Source of the DNA: Solirubrobacterales bacterium
GTDB taxonomy: Bacteria; Actinomycetota; Thermoleophilia; Solirubrobacterales; JACPNS01
Assembly (NCBI GenBank): GCA_049274915.1
Contig: JBASTN010000041.1
Location: 1 to 63,848 of the forward strand
Reading direction: 5' to 3'
Length of the DNA stretch: 63,848 bases
Below the pieces are notes generated by a model that saw only the letters and a program-made list of their open reading frames with translations, was not told the DNA's origin and did no database searches. Positions 34,716-42,989 of the stretch are shown in pieces. The position numbers were made by a program, and so were the translations under genes. Each line of letters begins with the position of its first letter. The stretch's first letter is position 1.

Positions 34716-36065
34716 ATGTCGACCAGGAGAATGACTCTCGAGTCACACGTCGAAATAGCGTGGATGGACGGATGGCTACCAGTCGCGCGCTGGCGATCAC
34801 ATCGGGCTTATATTGATTTCGCACGTGCTGGGATTTCCGGGCACACGGAGGCAGACCCTGATTACACCGATGATATGAGCGCACTCAGCGACAGTGAAGC
34901 CAAACTCAGACAGCTGATCGCGACCGGCAGCGCGTACGCGCAGTCGCGCGACACGCGTGAGGTCATGGGGCTGTTCTACGCGGTGATGCTCAGCGCGGGC
35001 GCGGTGGGAGCCGCAGTCCACGCCACGGTCGCCGGCATTTGGGACATCTCGGTGGCCGCCCTGATCGCCGGTTCGCTGGTCTCTGCGGCTTACGCCCTGG
35101 CGGTGCCATGGGGTCGGATCGCTAGTACCTCGCAGCTCTCGCTGTACTGGTTGACCGTCGTGGCGATCACGGTCGGCGTCTACGTCTTGAAGGTTCCGGG
35201 CCTGACGATTCTGCTGCTAATCCCGATGATGGCGTTGAGTTACACCTACGGGAGCGATCTGCGGATCGTGATCTCCCATCTGTTGGTCGCCTCCGCGGCG
35301 TTCGCGCTGCCGGCGATCACCGGCGAGACCGAAGACCCTGCATCCGCTTTGATCATTACGCTGCCCGCACTGCTCGCGGTTGCCAGCCTCTCAGGCATAC
35401 TGGCCGATCGCTTTCACACGATGCGTTCAACCGAGCGCGGCCGCTACAAGGCTACGATCGAAGCGCTTTCGACGGCGCTTACAGCGCGCGACGGTTACAC
35501 CGGCTCGCACTCGCAGGAAACACTTTGGTTTGTGCGTGCCGTCTGCGACGAGCTAGCGCTCAGTCCGAACGAATGTCAGTACGTCGCCGACGTCGCGCTG
35601 TTGCACGACATCGGCAAGATCGGTATCCCCAACGATGTGCTCCACGAGCCGGGCAGGCTCAGCGAAGATCAGTGGGAAGTGATGAAGCAGCACCCGGTCA
35701 TCGGCGAACGCATCGTCGCGCCGATCCCCGGCCTTGAAGAGGTCGCGCGCGCCATTCGTCACGAGCACGAGCACTGGAACGGCGACGGCTACCCGGATGG
35801 GCTGCGCCAAGGAGATATTCCGCTTGCCAGCCGCATCGTGCTCGTCTGCGACGCGTTTCACGCGATGACCAGCGATCGGCCCTACCGGGACGCGATGTCT
35901 GTCGGCGAGGCCAGGCTCGAACTTTCGCGTAACGCCGGTGTCCAATTTGACCCGATCGTCGTCGGCGCACTTTTACTCGTGCTTGACCGCCGCGACCCGG
36001 TATTTGAGGCCGAGACCGCGGTCGATCCCGCTCCACAACCGAGATTCTCGCCTCAAGAAGCGTGA
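34716..36065 (+). CDS. Membrane-anchored HD-GYP domain protein (cyclic-dinucleotide phosphodiesterase family)
   Basis: The N-terminal half has about 6 hydrophobic helices. The C-terminal half has RDGYTGSHS, LLHDIGKIGIP, RHEHEHWNGDGYPDGL, VCDAFHAMTSDRPYR and QFDP. Start is uncertain. Confidence 0.75.
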   Translation: MSTRRMTLESHVEIAWMDGWLPVARWRSHRAYIDFARAGISGHTEADPDYTDDMSALSDSEAKLRQLIATGSAYAQSRDTREVMGLFYAVMLSAGAVGAAVHATVAGIWDISVAALIAGSLVSAAYALAVPWGRIASTSQLSLYWLTVVAITVGVYVLKVPGLTILLLIPMMALSYTYGSDLRIVISHLLVASAAFALPAITGETEDPASALIITLPALLAVASLSGILADRFHTMRSTERGRYKATIEALSTALTARDGYTGSHSQETLWFVRAVCDELALSPNECQYVADVALLHDIGKIGIPNDVLHEPGRLSEDQWEVMKQHPVIGERIVAPIPGLEEVARAIRHEHEHWNGDGYPDGLRQGDIPLASRIVLVCDAFHAMTSDRPYRDAMSVGEARLELSRNAGVQFDPIVVGALLLVLDRRDPVFEAETAVDPAPQPRFSPQEA

Positions 36066-36283
36066 ATTCCGACCAACATGCGGGCTTGAGACTGATTATG
36101 TAAATACCGCGTTTTTGGATTGTTTTTCTGTCCGACTGCAGTCATACTTCCGTTGAGTGATCCGACCAACCGCTGTACGGGTCATGGCTTTAATGGGGGA
36201 AGGACAGCAGCAACAAACTTGCACTCGGGGACGACTGCTTACGCGATGGGGATCAGTTCACTGTGAATGATCAAGGAAGACCA

Positions 36284-37471
36284 ATGACGTGGCAAGGCTG
36301 GAAGGCCGAAGCCCAGCAGACTTTCATATGGGTGGGCCGACTTGCTGCCGCTGCCTGGGTTCTGGGCGCCGCTCTCTCGATCACCTATCTCCTCTCGACG
36401 GACGGCGTAACGGTTCAGGCCTGGGTGCTGCTCGGCGCCTGTCTCTTCGGTTTCATCGCATCACTCCTGGTCCCGTGGCAGCGCGCCAAACGCTGGTGGG
36501 TACTGCCGATGATCGGCTACGCGACGGTAGTGATCAGTGTCGCTACTGCGGTGCTCGATAAGCCGGGAATCACTGCATTTCACCTCTTTGCACTTTTGTT
36601 TCTTGCCTTTTTTTACTGGGGACGCTGGAACGTCATCGTTCCCGGCTACGCACTGTGGTGTGGCATTTTCATCGCCGCCGAAGTGCTGCGTGCCGGACCG
36701 CTGAGTGGCGAGCAACTGATCGTTTCGATGCCGACGTTCATCGCCACATCGGGAATGGTCGGCGTGCTGGCACACCGCGTGCGGGGCGTCAGCCGCAGCG
36801 AACGCCGCCGTTTCAAGGCGACCGTCGAGGCGCTATGCGCAGCGCTTTCGGCTCGCGACGGCTACACCGGTGAACACTCCGCCGAGACACTTGAGCTTGT
36901 CAATGCCGTAACTCGCCAGCTGCGGCTTTCGAGGGAGCAGGTCGAGACAATCTCCGACGTCGCGCTGTTGCACGACATCGGCAAGATCGGTATCCCCAAC
37001 GACATTCTCCACGCCCCGGGCAAGCTTGACGAGTCCCAGTGGGAAGTGATTAAGCAGCACCCGGTGATCGGCGAGCGCATCGTCGCCCGCGTCCCCGGTC
37101 TTGAAGAGGTCGCCCGCGCGATACGTCACGAGCACGAGCGTTGGGATGGCCGTGGCTACCCGGACGGTCTGCGCTCGGCGGATATTCCGCTGCCCAGCCG
37201 CATCGTGCTGGTCTGCGACGCGTACCACGCGATGACGAGCAACCGCCCTTACCGCGAGGCAATGCCGATCGACGATGCGCGCGCCGAGCTGGTTCGCCAC
37301 GCCGGCACCCAGTTTGACCCAGTAATCGTTGGCGCACTGCTCTCGTCGCTCGACGAGGCCAACACCGACCCGGATGTCGGCGACTTCGCTGCCGAAACCG
37401 TCATCGGTCAAGCTTTCGGCCAGCCGCGCCAGCCGCGCCAGCCGCCCATCGGCCTCGCGGCCAACGGCTAG
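36284..37471 (+). CDS. Membrane-anchored HD-GYP domain protein, paralogue of the preceding gene
   Basis: It has the same catalytic motifs (RDGYTGEHS, LLHDIGKIGIP, RHEHERWDGRGYPDGL, VCDAYHAMTSNRPYR). ATG 36284 is preceded by AAGGAAG. A 49-nt stretch (36954-37002) is identical to 35587-35635. Confidence 0.75.
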   Translation: MTWQGWKAEAQQTFIWVGRLAAAAWVLGAALSITYLLSTDGVTVQAWVLLGACLFGFIASLLVPWQRAKRWWVLPMIGYATVVISVATAVLDKPGITAFHLFALLFLAFFYWGRWNVIVPGYALWCGIFIAAEVLRAGPLSGEQLIVSMPTFIATSGMVGVLAHRVRGVSRSERRRFKATVEALCAALSARDGYTGEHSAETLELVNAVTRQLRLSREQVETISDVALLHDIGKIGIPNDILHAPGKLDESQWEVIKQHPVIGERIVARVPGLEEVARAIRHEHERWDGRGYPDGLRSADIPLPSRIVLVCDAYHAMTSNRPYREAMPIDDARAELVRHAGTQFDPVIVGALLSSLDEANTDPDVGDFAAETVIGQAFGQPRQPRQPPIGLAANG

Positions 37472-37491
37472 TCCGAACCTATTAGGTCAAC

Positions 37492-37764
37492 TCAGCGGCG
37501 GACTGGTTCGAGATCGGACGAGCCCGTCGGACCGCGTTCGCCTTCGACTGCCAGCTCATCTAGACGCTGGATCTCAACTTCGGCTAGTTGGCGGGCGGGA
37601 TCGTCGGCCGGGAGTGGCTCGACCAAACGGCGCAGGCGGTTACGAATCTGCAGCGCAAAATGAGGTGTCGCTGCACCGGCGAGCGCGCGCACATCCTCGA
37701 TGCTCACCGAGTGAGCTGAGTCGCGGCGTTCAGGTTTCTCATACTCACTAATGCTGTGCCTCAC
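37492..37764 (-). CDS. Hypothetical small protein (90 aa)
   Basis: This is the only long ORF in the gap. GC-rich third positions suggest coding, but I recognise no motif. The GTG start lies inside a 16-bp tandem duplication. Confidence 0.3.
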   Translation of the reverse strand: MRHSISEYEKPERRDSAHSVSIEDVRALAGAATPHFALQIRNRLRRLVEPLPADDPARQLAEVEIQRLDELAVEGERGPTGSSDLEPVRR

Positions 37765-37776
37765 TAATGCTGTGCC
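37745..37776 (-). repeat. 16-bp x2 tandem duplication TCACTAATGCTGTGCC over the 5' end of the small ORF
   Basis: Exact copies at 37745-37760 and 37761-37776. Confidence 0.9.
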
Positions 37777-37791
37777 TCGCGGGGGTGGGCT

Positions 37792-39042
37792 CTAGATTCC
37801 GCCGGTTTCGGCGGTGGCTTCGGCGGTCTCGCCGGCGATCGGTTGGACTGCGAGCAGCTTGTCGATCGCTGCCTGCAGTTCAGGCGAAAGCAGGTGCTCT
37901 GCGCCAAGTAGCCACGCGCGATTGTAAACGGCGTCAGACGGGTCGTCGATGTATCCGGGTTGGATGTCGAGCAGGTAATTCTCTAACGTTTTATCGAGTT
38001 TGCCCGGACTCGAATTCAGCAGGACGGGCCCGAAAGCCGCACCGGCCGAAAGCGTCGTCGCGGCTGCGATATCCATCTCGCGCTTCGCGTTCATCACGAC
38101 GAACCCGTGGCCGGGGTTATCGATTCCCCAGCCCCACTCACTATCGGGATCAACGTAGAGCGCGGCCTGTTTGGCGTTCTCGGGTGGAGTGTCCCCGCCG
38201 ATGCGCGAGACGTTGCCGTATCGCTTGAGCCGCTTAAGCAACTGATCGGAGATCGCGCGCGGTGGTCCGACGACGTAGATGCTCGGCTTCTTGTGCTTCT
38301 CGATCGCGCGCAGAGTCGCCAGTGGCACGACGTCCTTGTTGACGAAGAAGACCGGCGCGCCGGTCTTCGCGGCCAGCGGTCCGGCGGGCAGCGCAAAGCG
38401 GGCGAAGTTTGGGTCGGCGGTGGTGACGATCACCTCTCGGCTCGGCTTGCCGGCGTTGATCTTGGTCCAGAGCGCGTCGACGCTCAGCGAAAGTTTTTCA
38501 TACGTTTCGTTCGCGAGATTGATCCGCGCCACATTCTCGGGCACGGCGGCGGTGCCGGCGACCAACGCCTTCGGCTTGAGTACCAACCCGGGAATCGTGG
38601 TCCCGATCGGTGCGAGCGCGTCGAGCGCCGACTTGGTGATGTCGGGCACATCATCCTTCTCCGACAACAAAATCGGCGCGCCCAGCTGGCGAGCGGAAAG
38701 CACCCCCATCGTCACCGCCGCGCGCCAGTCGTGTTTCTCAACCACGGAGATGATCTTCGGGCGCGTTGCCGCGCCGCTTGAGGGGTACACAGTCAAGGCA
38801 GCGCCCGCCGCGTTTCCGACCGTATCCTCGCCTGGAATTCGCACGGTGTTCTTTGTCGCCAGCGCGGGGGAACCGGTGCCGCGCGCGAAGTCGCTGTTGC
38901 CGGCGCTGTCTTGCAGCCCTGTCAATCCGTCGTCGCCGAGTTCACAGCCACTCAGCGAGAGCGCGATCGCGACCGTGCTCAGCGCCGTCGCGGTAAACGC
39001 CGCGACGGTCGGGCGACGTGCGATCGGGCGACCTCGACTCAT
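37792..39042 (-). CDS. Lipoprotein with three cell-wall-binding-repeat-2 (CWB2)-like modules
   Basis: Signal plus lipobox (TATALSTVAIALSLSGC). The three modules each have the pattern ...LGAPILLS / TGAPVFFVNKDVVP...IYVVGPPRAISDQLL / FGPVLLNS...AWLLGAEHLLSPEL. Start at ATG 39042 with AAGGTG upstream. Confidence 0.55.
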   Translation of the reverse strand: MSRGRPIARRPTVAAFTATALSTVAIALSLSGCELGDDGLTGLQDSAGNSDFARGTGSPALATKNTVRIPGEDTVGNAAGAALTVYPSSGAATRPKIISVVEKHDWRAAVTMGVLSARQLGAPILLSEKDDVPDITKSALDALAPIGTTIPGLVLKPKALVAGTAAVPENVARINLANETYEKLSLSVDALWTKINAGKPSREVIVTTADPNFARFALPAGPLAAKTGAPVFFVNKDVVPLATLRAIEKHKKPSIYVVGPPRAISDQLLKRLKRYGNVSRIGGDTPPENAKQAALYVDPDSEWGWGIDNPGHGFVVMNAKREMDIAAATTLSAGAAFGPVLLNSSPGKLDKTLENYLLDIQPGYIDDPSDAVYNRAWLLGAEHLLSPELQAAIDKLLAVQPIAGETAEATAETGGI

Positions 39043-39261
39043 CGAGCGCACCTTACCCGCGGCGTAGGCGGGCGCGATCCGGTTCGTTTCACCAAGACTG
39101 CGGGCGCGCGTCGCGTGGCCGACCGATTTAACGAACCTAGAAATGCGCTGGTCGAACGATCGTGCGCCCGATACAATCGGAAGTGACTGCTGAGTTAGAA
39201 AGCGCAATCCATGACGTATAGATGTTGATGGCGTCATCAATCGGCAGGAACCTTTTTCAGA

Positions 39262-39298
39262 GCAGTATTTAGCCGCAGTATTTAGCCGTAGTAAACGG
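39262..39298 (+). repeat. 13-bp tandem repeat GCAGTATTTAGCC x2 plus a degenerate third unit
   Basis: Units at 39262-39274 and 39275-39287, then gtagtaaacgg. They lie in the divergent promoter region between the lipoprotein and acyl-CoA dehydrogenase genes. Confidence 0.85.
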
Positions 39299-39334
39299 TG
39301 CCGGTCACGTCGGCGCCAGAAAATGGAGCCATAA

Positions 39335-40600
39335 GTGGATTTCAGCTACACGCCGGAGCAGCTCGAGTTCAAGGAGCGAATCAACAAGTTTGCACGCGAT
39401 GTGATTCGCCCGGCAGCTGCCAAGCACGACAAGGAACAGTCGGTCCCATATGAGGTTATGAAAGAAGCCGCCAAGGCCAACATCGGCACACTCGACTTCA
39501 TGATGAGCCTGGGCACCGATCCGCAGGGGCAGTTCTCGCCGATCTACGCCGAAGAGATGCACTGGGGCTGCGCCGGAATCGCGTTGGCGATCGCCGGTTC
39601 CGGTCTTGCGGCAGCCGGCATTGCCTCCTCGGGCACCCCGGAGCAGATGCAGCAGTGGGTACCGCTGTGCTTCGCCCAGGGCGAAGAGGTTCACCTCGGC
39701 GCCTACGCGGTGACTGAGCCGTCCGCAGGATCAGACGTCAAGTCGCTTAAGACCACCGCCAAGCTCGACGGTGACGAGTGGGTTCTCAATGGTTCAAAGG
39801 TCTTCATCACCAACGGCGGTATCGCCGACGTGACCGTCGTCGTCGCATCCGTCGACCCCGAGCTCGGCACCCGTGGCCAGGCTTCATTCGTGATCCCGAA
39901 GGGCACGCCCGGCTTCTCGCAGGGCAAAAAGGAAGACAAGCTCGGAATTCGCGCCTCACAGACGACCGAAGTCGTGATGGAAGACTGCCGAATCCCGACC
40001 GATTACCTGCTCGGCGGCATGGACAAGCTCAACCAAAAGCTGGAAAAGGCTCGCAGCGGTCAAAAGGTCGGCGGTGCCAACGCTCTGGCAACCTTCGAGA
40101 TCACCCGCCCGTTCGTCGGTGCGAGCGCGATCGGCATCGCACGCGCCGCGTACGAGTTCACTGTCGCGTACCTGATGGATCAGAAGATCGACGGCAAGCC
40201 CGCCCTCGACAACCCCGGCATCCACCAGCAGATCGCCGACATCGCCACCGAGATCGACGCCGCCCGCCTGCTCGTGCAGCGTGCTTCGTGGATGGCCGCC
40301 AACGGCCAGCCGCTAATGGGCGGCCAGGGCTCGATGTCCAAGCTCAAGTGTGGCGACGTAGCAATGTGGGCGACCGCCCGCTGCATGGACCTCGTCGGCC
40401 CCGATGCCTGGAGCACCGACCTGCCGCTCGAGAAGTGGTACCGCGACGCCAAGATCTACCAGATCTTTGAAGGCACCAGCCAGATCCAACGCATGGTCAT
40501 CGGCCGCCTTCAGGTAGGCGAGTTCAAGGCGCGCCTCGAGGCCGCCAAGGCCGAGTTCACCGAGAAGTCCAGCCAGCCCGCAGAGCCGGTCCCGGCGTAG
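39335..40600 (+). CDS. Acyl-CoA dehydrogenase
   Basis: VDFSYTPEQLEF start, GAYAVTEPSAGSD, FITNGG and a C-terminal YQIFEGTSQIQRMVIG with the catalytic Glu. GGAG lies 6 nt before GTG 39335. Confidence 0.85.
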   Translation: MDFSYTPEQLEFKERINKFARDVIRPAAAKHDKEQSVPYEVMKEAAKANIGTLDFMMSLGTDPQGQFSPIYAEEMHWGCAGIALAIAGSGLAAAGIASSGTPEQMQQWVPLCFAQGEEVHLGAYAVTEPSAGSDVKSLKTTAKLDGDEWVLNGSKVFITNGGIADVTVVVASVDPELGTRGQASFVIPKGTPGFSQGKKEDKLGIRASQTTEVVMEDCRIPTDYLLGGMDKLNQKLEKARSGQKVGGANALATFEITRPFVGASAIGIARAAYEFTVAYLMDQKIDGKPALDNPGIHQQIADIATEIDAARLLVQRASWMAANGQPLMGGQGSMSKLKCGDVAMWATARCMDLVGPDAWSTDLPLEKWYRDAKIYQIFEGTSQIQRMVIGRLQVGEFKARLEAAKAEFTEKSSQPAEPVPA

Positions 40601-40656
40601 TCCTCGCAGCACGGCGCCGGGAACAACCGGCGCGTAGCTGCATCAAGTTGTTCGCG

Positions 40657-40678
40657 ACGGCCGCCTTCGGGCGGCCGT
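40657..40678 (+). terminator. Intrinsic terminator-like hairpin after the acyl-CoA dehydrogenase gene
   Basis: ACGGCCGCC-ttcg-GGCGGCCGT, a 9-bp stem with a UUCG loop, followed by TTTCGCGTTGT. Confidence 0.55.
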
Positions 40679-40748
40679 TTCGCGTTGTCGGCCCAAAAGG
40701 TCGCAGAAGACTCGTCGCGCCGACGACCCGACTACCCTCCCCACACGC

Positions 40749-40991
40749 ATGGAAGCCGCTATCTCAGAACGCAACAATCTCCGCATCGAGGTCGACCGCC
40801 ACCTGTGCGACGGTTTCGGCGATTGCCTCGATTCGGCGCCCGGCGTCTTCGATCTTGACGCTGAGAACATCTCGATCGTCGTAGACCCAGACGCACAGGA
40901 CCGCGACACGATCCTCGCTTCGGCCAACGACTGTCCGGTCTGCGCGATCTTCATTTACGACAACACTTCCGGCGAGCAGCTCTTCCCTTAG
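40749..40991 (+). CDS. Small single-cluster ferredoxin
   Basis: 80 aa. CDGFGDC...CPVCAI cysteine pattern, as in actinobacterial 3Fe-4S/4Fe-4S ferredoxins. Confidence 0.8.
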   Translation: MEAAISERNNLRIEVDRHLCDGFGDCLDSAPGVFDLDAENISIVVDPDAQDRDTILASANDCPVCAIFIYDNTSGEQLFP

Positions 40992-41047
40992 GGATCGTAT
41001 CCCGCTTCGGCGCCAACGAACTTTCCCGCGTTTTGCAGGTAGTACAC

Positions 41048-41076
41048 TTGACCTATTAGGGCTGTTCTGGTAAGTT
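41048..41076 (+). promoter_or_regulatory. Sigma-70-type promoter driving the riboswitch leader
   Basis: TTGACC (41048-41053), a 17-nt spacer, then TAAGTT (41071-41076). The predicted TSS near 41083 coincides with the aptamer 5' end. Confidence 0.55.
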
Positions 41077-41082
41077 CCTCAA

Positions 41083-41244
41083 GTCGCTGAACGTTCTGAC
41101 CGCCAAGTCAGGACGGCGGGGGATCCAATTGGGACCCTGTTCCTTCGGGGCGAATCGCCGTTGTTAGAACGGCGTAGCGCGGTATTGGCACCGTCACCAC
41201 GGTGATCAACCTGCGCGAGCCCGACAGCTAACTCCGTAAGCGGC
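41083..41244 (+). ncRNA. c-di-AMP riboswitch (ydaO/kimA class)
   Basis: It contains the blocks I remember from the ydaO motif. These are CGCUGAAC near the 5' end, GGCGGGGGAUCCA, GGGGCGAAUC, and the 3' block GAGCCCGACAGCUAACUCCGUAAGCGG. It lies upstream of a cell-wall hydrolase gene, the usual actinobacterial context. Confidence 0.8.
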
Positions 41245-41259
41245 ATCGGCAACCAAGTA

Positions 41260-41276
41260 GGCCTGCAGCGCAGGCC
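41260..41276 (+). terminator. Hairpin downstream of the aptamer (candidate expression platform)
   Basis: GGCCTGC-agc-GCAGGCC, a perfect 7-bp stem with no U-tract. Confidence 0.35.
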
Positions 41277-41407
41277 CGTCAAGTCAGATCAGACCAAGAC
41301 GTGATCACAGGCGAATCGTCTGTGCACCTGCCCACCGTGGGCCGCTGCATAGGTTGTTTTGCGTGTGCGCAACCTCCGTTGCAGAACGTCGCCACGAAGC
41401 GGGAAAA

Positions 41408-41743
41408 ATGACCAACAGACCTAGCCTGAGCGGCCGAATGCCCATTTCCGTCGACAGATCGTCCGACAAATCGCTCGTCACTCCAGGGGTGGCGATGCTC
41501 GCCGTGCCGCTCGCGCTTGCTGCGATCGTCGTCGCGTTCCTGCGCAACGCCCAGGCTGTCGCGCCCGCCCAGATGAGTGCCCAGCTGAACGCCCAGATGA
41601 ATGCCCAGATTGAGGCGTTGGGCGGCGGCCTCTACTTCGACACCAGCTTCGACACCAGCGGACGCAGCAAAACCGGTTCGCGTTGGCAGAACGGACCCAA
41701 ATCAGGCGGCGGCTACGCCGTCCGGCACGCAGGAGGACTTTGA
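41408..41743 (+). CDS. Small single-pass membrane protein with AQ(M/L/I)x repeat
   Basis: ATG 41408 follows GGGAAAA. One TM (VAMLAVPLALAAIVVAFL). The in-frame 12-bp x4 repeat at 41567-41614 encodes AQMS AQLN AQMN AQIE. The stop lies 8 nt before the M23 gene. Confidence 0.45.
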   Translation: MTNRPSLSGRMPISVDRSSDKSLVTPGVAMLAVPLALAAIVVAFLRNAQAVAPAQMSAQLNAQMNAQIEALGGGLYFDTSFDTSGRSKTGSRWQNGPKSGGGYAVRHAGGL

Positions 41744-41751
41744 TCACCATC

Positions 41752-42936
41752 ATGAACTCGCTCGCAACGACCAACCTTCGCTCTTACGCCAAGCCGCTCG
41801 CGCTCGGCCTCACAATGGTGCTGGCGCTGACGACGCTTTATCTCGCCCTGCCGATGGGCTCCAGCGCCAAGTCGGCCGCAGAGTTGCAGCAGGACATCGC
41901 GCGCAAGCGGGCCAACGAGGGCGTCTTGACGTCTGAGATTCAGACGATGGGGTCGAAGATCAAACGCCTCCAAGGGCGGATCGGCAAGCTGCAGGCGCGC
42001 CAGAGCACGATTCAGAGTGACCTCGAAGCCAAGGAGGCACGCCGCAAGACGATCGCCACAGATCTGAAGACGACGCGCGACCGCCTCGCGCGACTCAAGG
42101 CACGCCTTGCCCACGCACGCAAGGTTCTCGCCGAGCGCATCGTCGCGGTCTACAAAGCGGGCGAGCCCGACATCTTGACTGTGGCGCTGAAATCAGACGG
42201 TTTCGCCGATCTAGTCGAGCGCGCTACTTATCTGCGCGAGGTCGCCAAGCAGGACCGCCGGATCATCCTCACGGTCACGCGATTGAAGGGTGAGACCAAG
42301 AAAGAAACGGTCAAGCTCGCAGCACTCGAGTCCGAGGCTTCGCGGCTCGTAGCCGCGGTGCGCTCTCGCCGCGATCAAGTCGCAGCCTCAAAGCAGACTC
42401 TCGCCAGTCGCCGCAGCGACCTCTCACAGGCGGTCGGCAGCCGTAGATCGACTTTGGCCACCGTCAGCAAGAGTCGTCAGAACGACGAAGAGGACCTCGC
42501 CGCGATGAACCGCAGCAACGGTCAGATCCAGGGCTACCTCAACGGCTCGCCCGGTCCGATCAAGAAAGGCACCGGCCGTTTCATCTACCCGATGAACGGA
42601 AGCTTCACCTCGCCGTTCGGTCCACGCTGGGGTCGCCTGCACGCCGGTATTGATATCGCCGCGCCGGTCGGCACTGCGATTCGTGCCGTCGACACCGGCA
42701 CCGTGCGTGTCGCCGGCGGCATGGGCGGTTACGGCAACTACACCTGCATTCAGCACAGCGGATCGCTGTCGAGTTGTTACGCGCACCAGTCCTCGATCGG
42801 CGTCAGCGTCGGTCAGTCGGTCAAACAGGGGCAAGTCATCGGCGCGTCAGGCAACACGGGCAACTCGACCGGCCCGCACCTGCACTTCGAAGTGCGGGTC
42901 AACGGAAGCCCAGTTGATCCGATGGGTTACCTCTAG
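41752..42936 (+). CDS. Secreted M23 (LytM-type) peptidoglycan endopeptidase with N-terminal coiled coil
   Basis: A signal/anchor (LALGLTMVLALTTLYLALPMGSSA) precedes a long heptad-like region. The catalytic motifs are HAGIDIAAPVGTAIRA (HxxxD) and GPHLHFEV (HxH). Confidence 0.85.
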   Translation: MNSLATTNLRSYAKPLALGLTMVLALTTLYLALPMGSSAKSAAELQQDIARKRANEGVLTSEIQTMGSKIKRLQGRIGKLQARQSTIQSDLEAKEARRKTIATDLKTTRDRLARLKARLAHARKVLAERIVAVYKAGEPDILTVALKSDGFADLVERATYLREVAKQDRRIILTVTRLKGETKKETVKLAALESEASRLVAAVRSRRDQVAASKQTLASRRSDLSQAVGSRRSTLATVSKSRQNDEEDLAAMNRSNGQIQGYLNGSPGPIKKGTGRFIYPMNGSFTSPFGPRWGRLHAGIDIAAPVGTAIRAVDTGTVRVAGGMGGYGNYTCIQHSGSLSSCYAHQSSIGVSVGQSVKQGQVIGASGNTGNSTGPHLHFEVRVNGSPVDPMGYL

Positions 42937-42989
42937 CCGTTGGCGGCAGTGCGCTGACGACTGTCGGCGCGTCGATAGTCTCTCTCGCG

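Noticed and set aside
36066-36283. Possible c-di-GMP (GEMM) riboswitch in the AT-rich gap before the second membrane HD-GYP gene
   Set aside because: I could not find the conserved GEMM-I/II blocks (for example GCAAAGCC / ACGCACAGGGC-type). The region more likely holds just a promoter.
38279-39067. 262-aa plus-strand ORF antisense to the CWB2 lipoprotein
   Set aside because: It is Ser/Ala/Pro-rich without domain features. The minus-strand product has a lipobox and three recognisable repeat modules.
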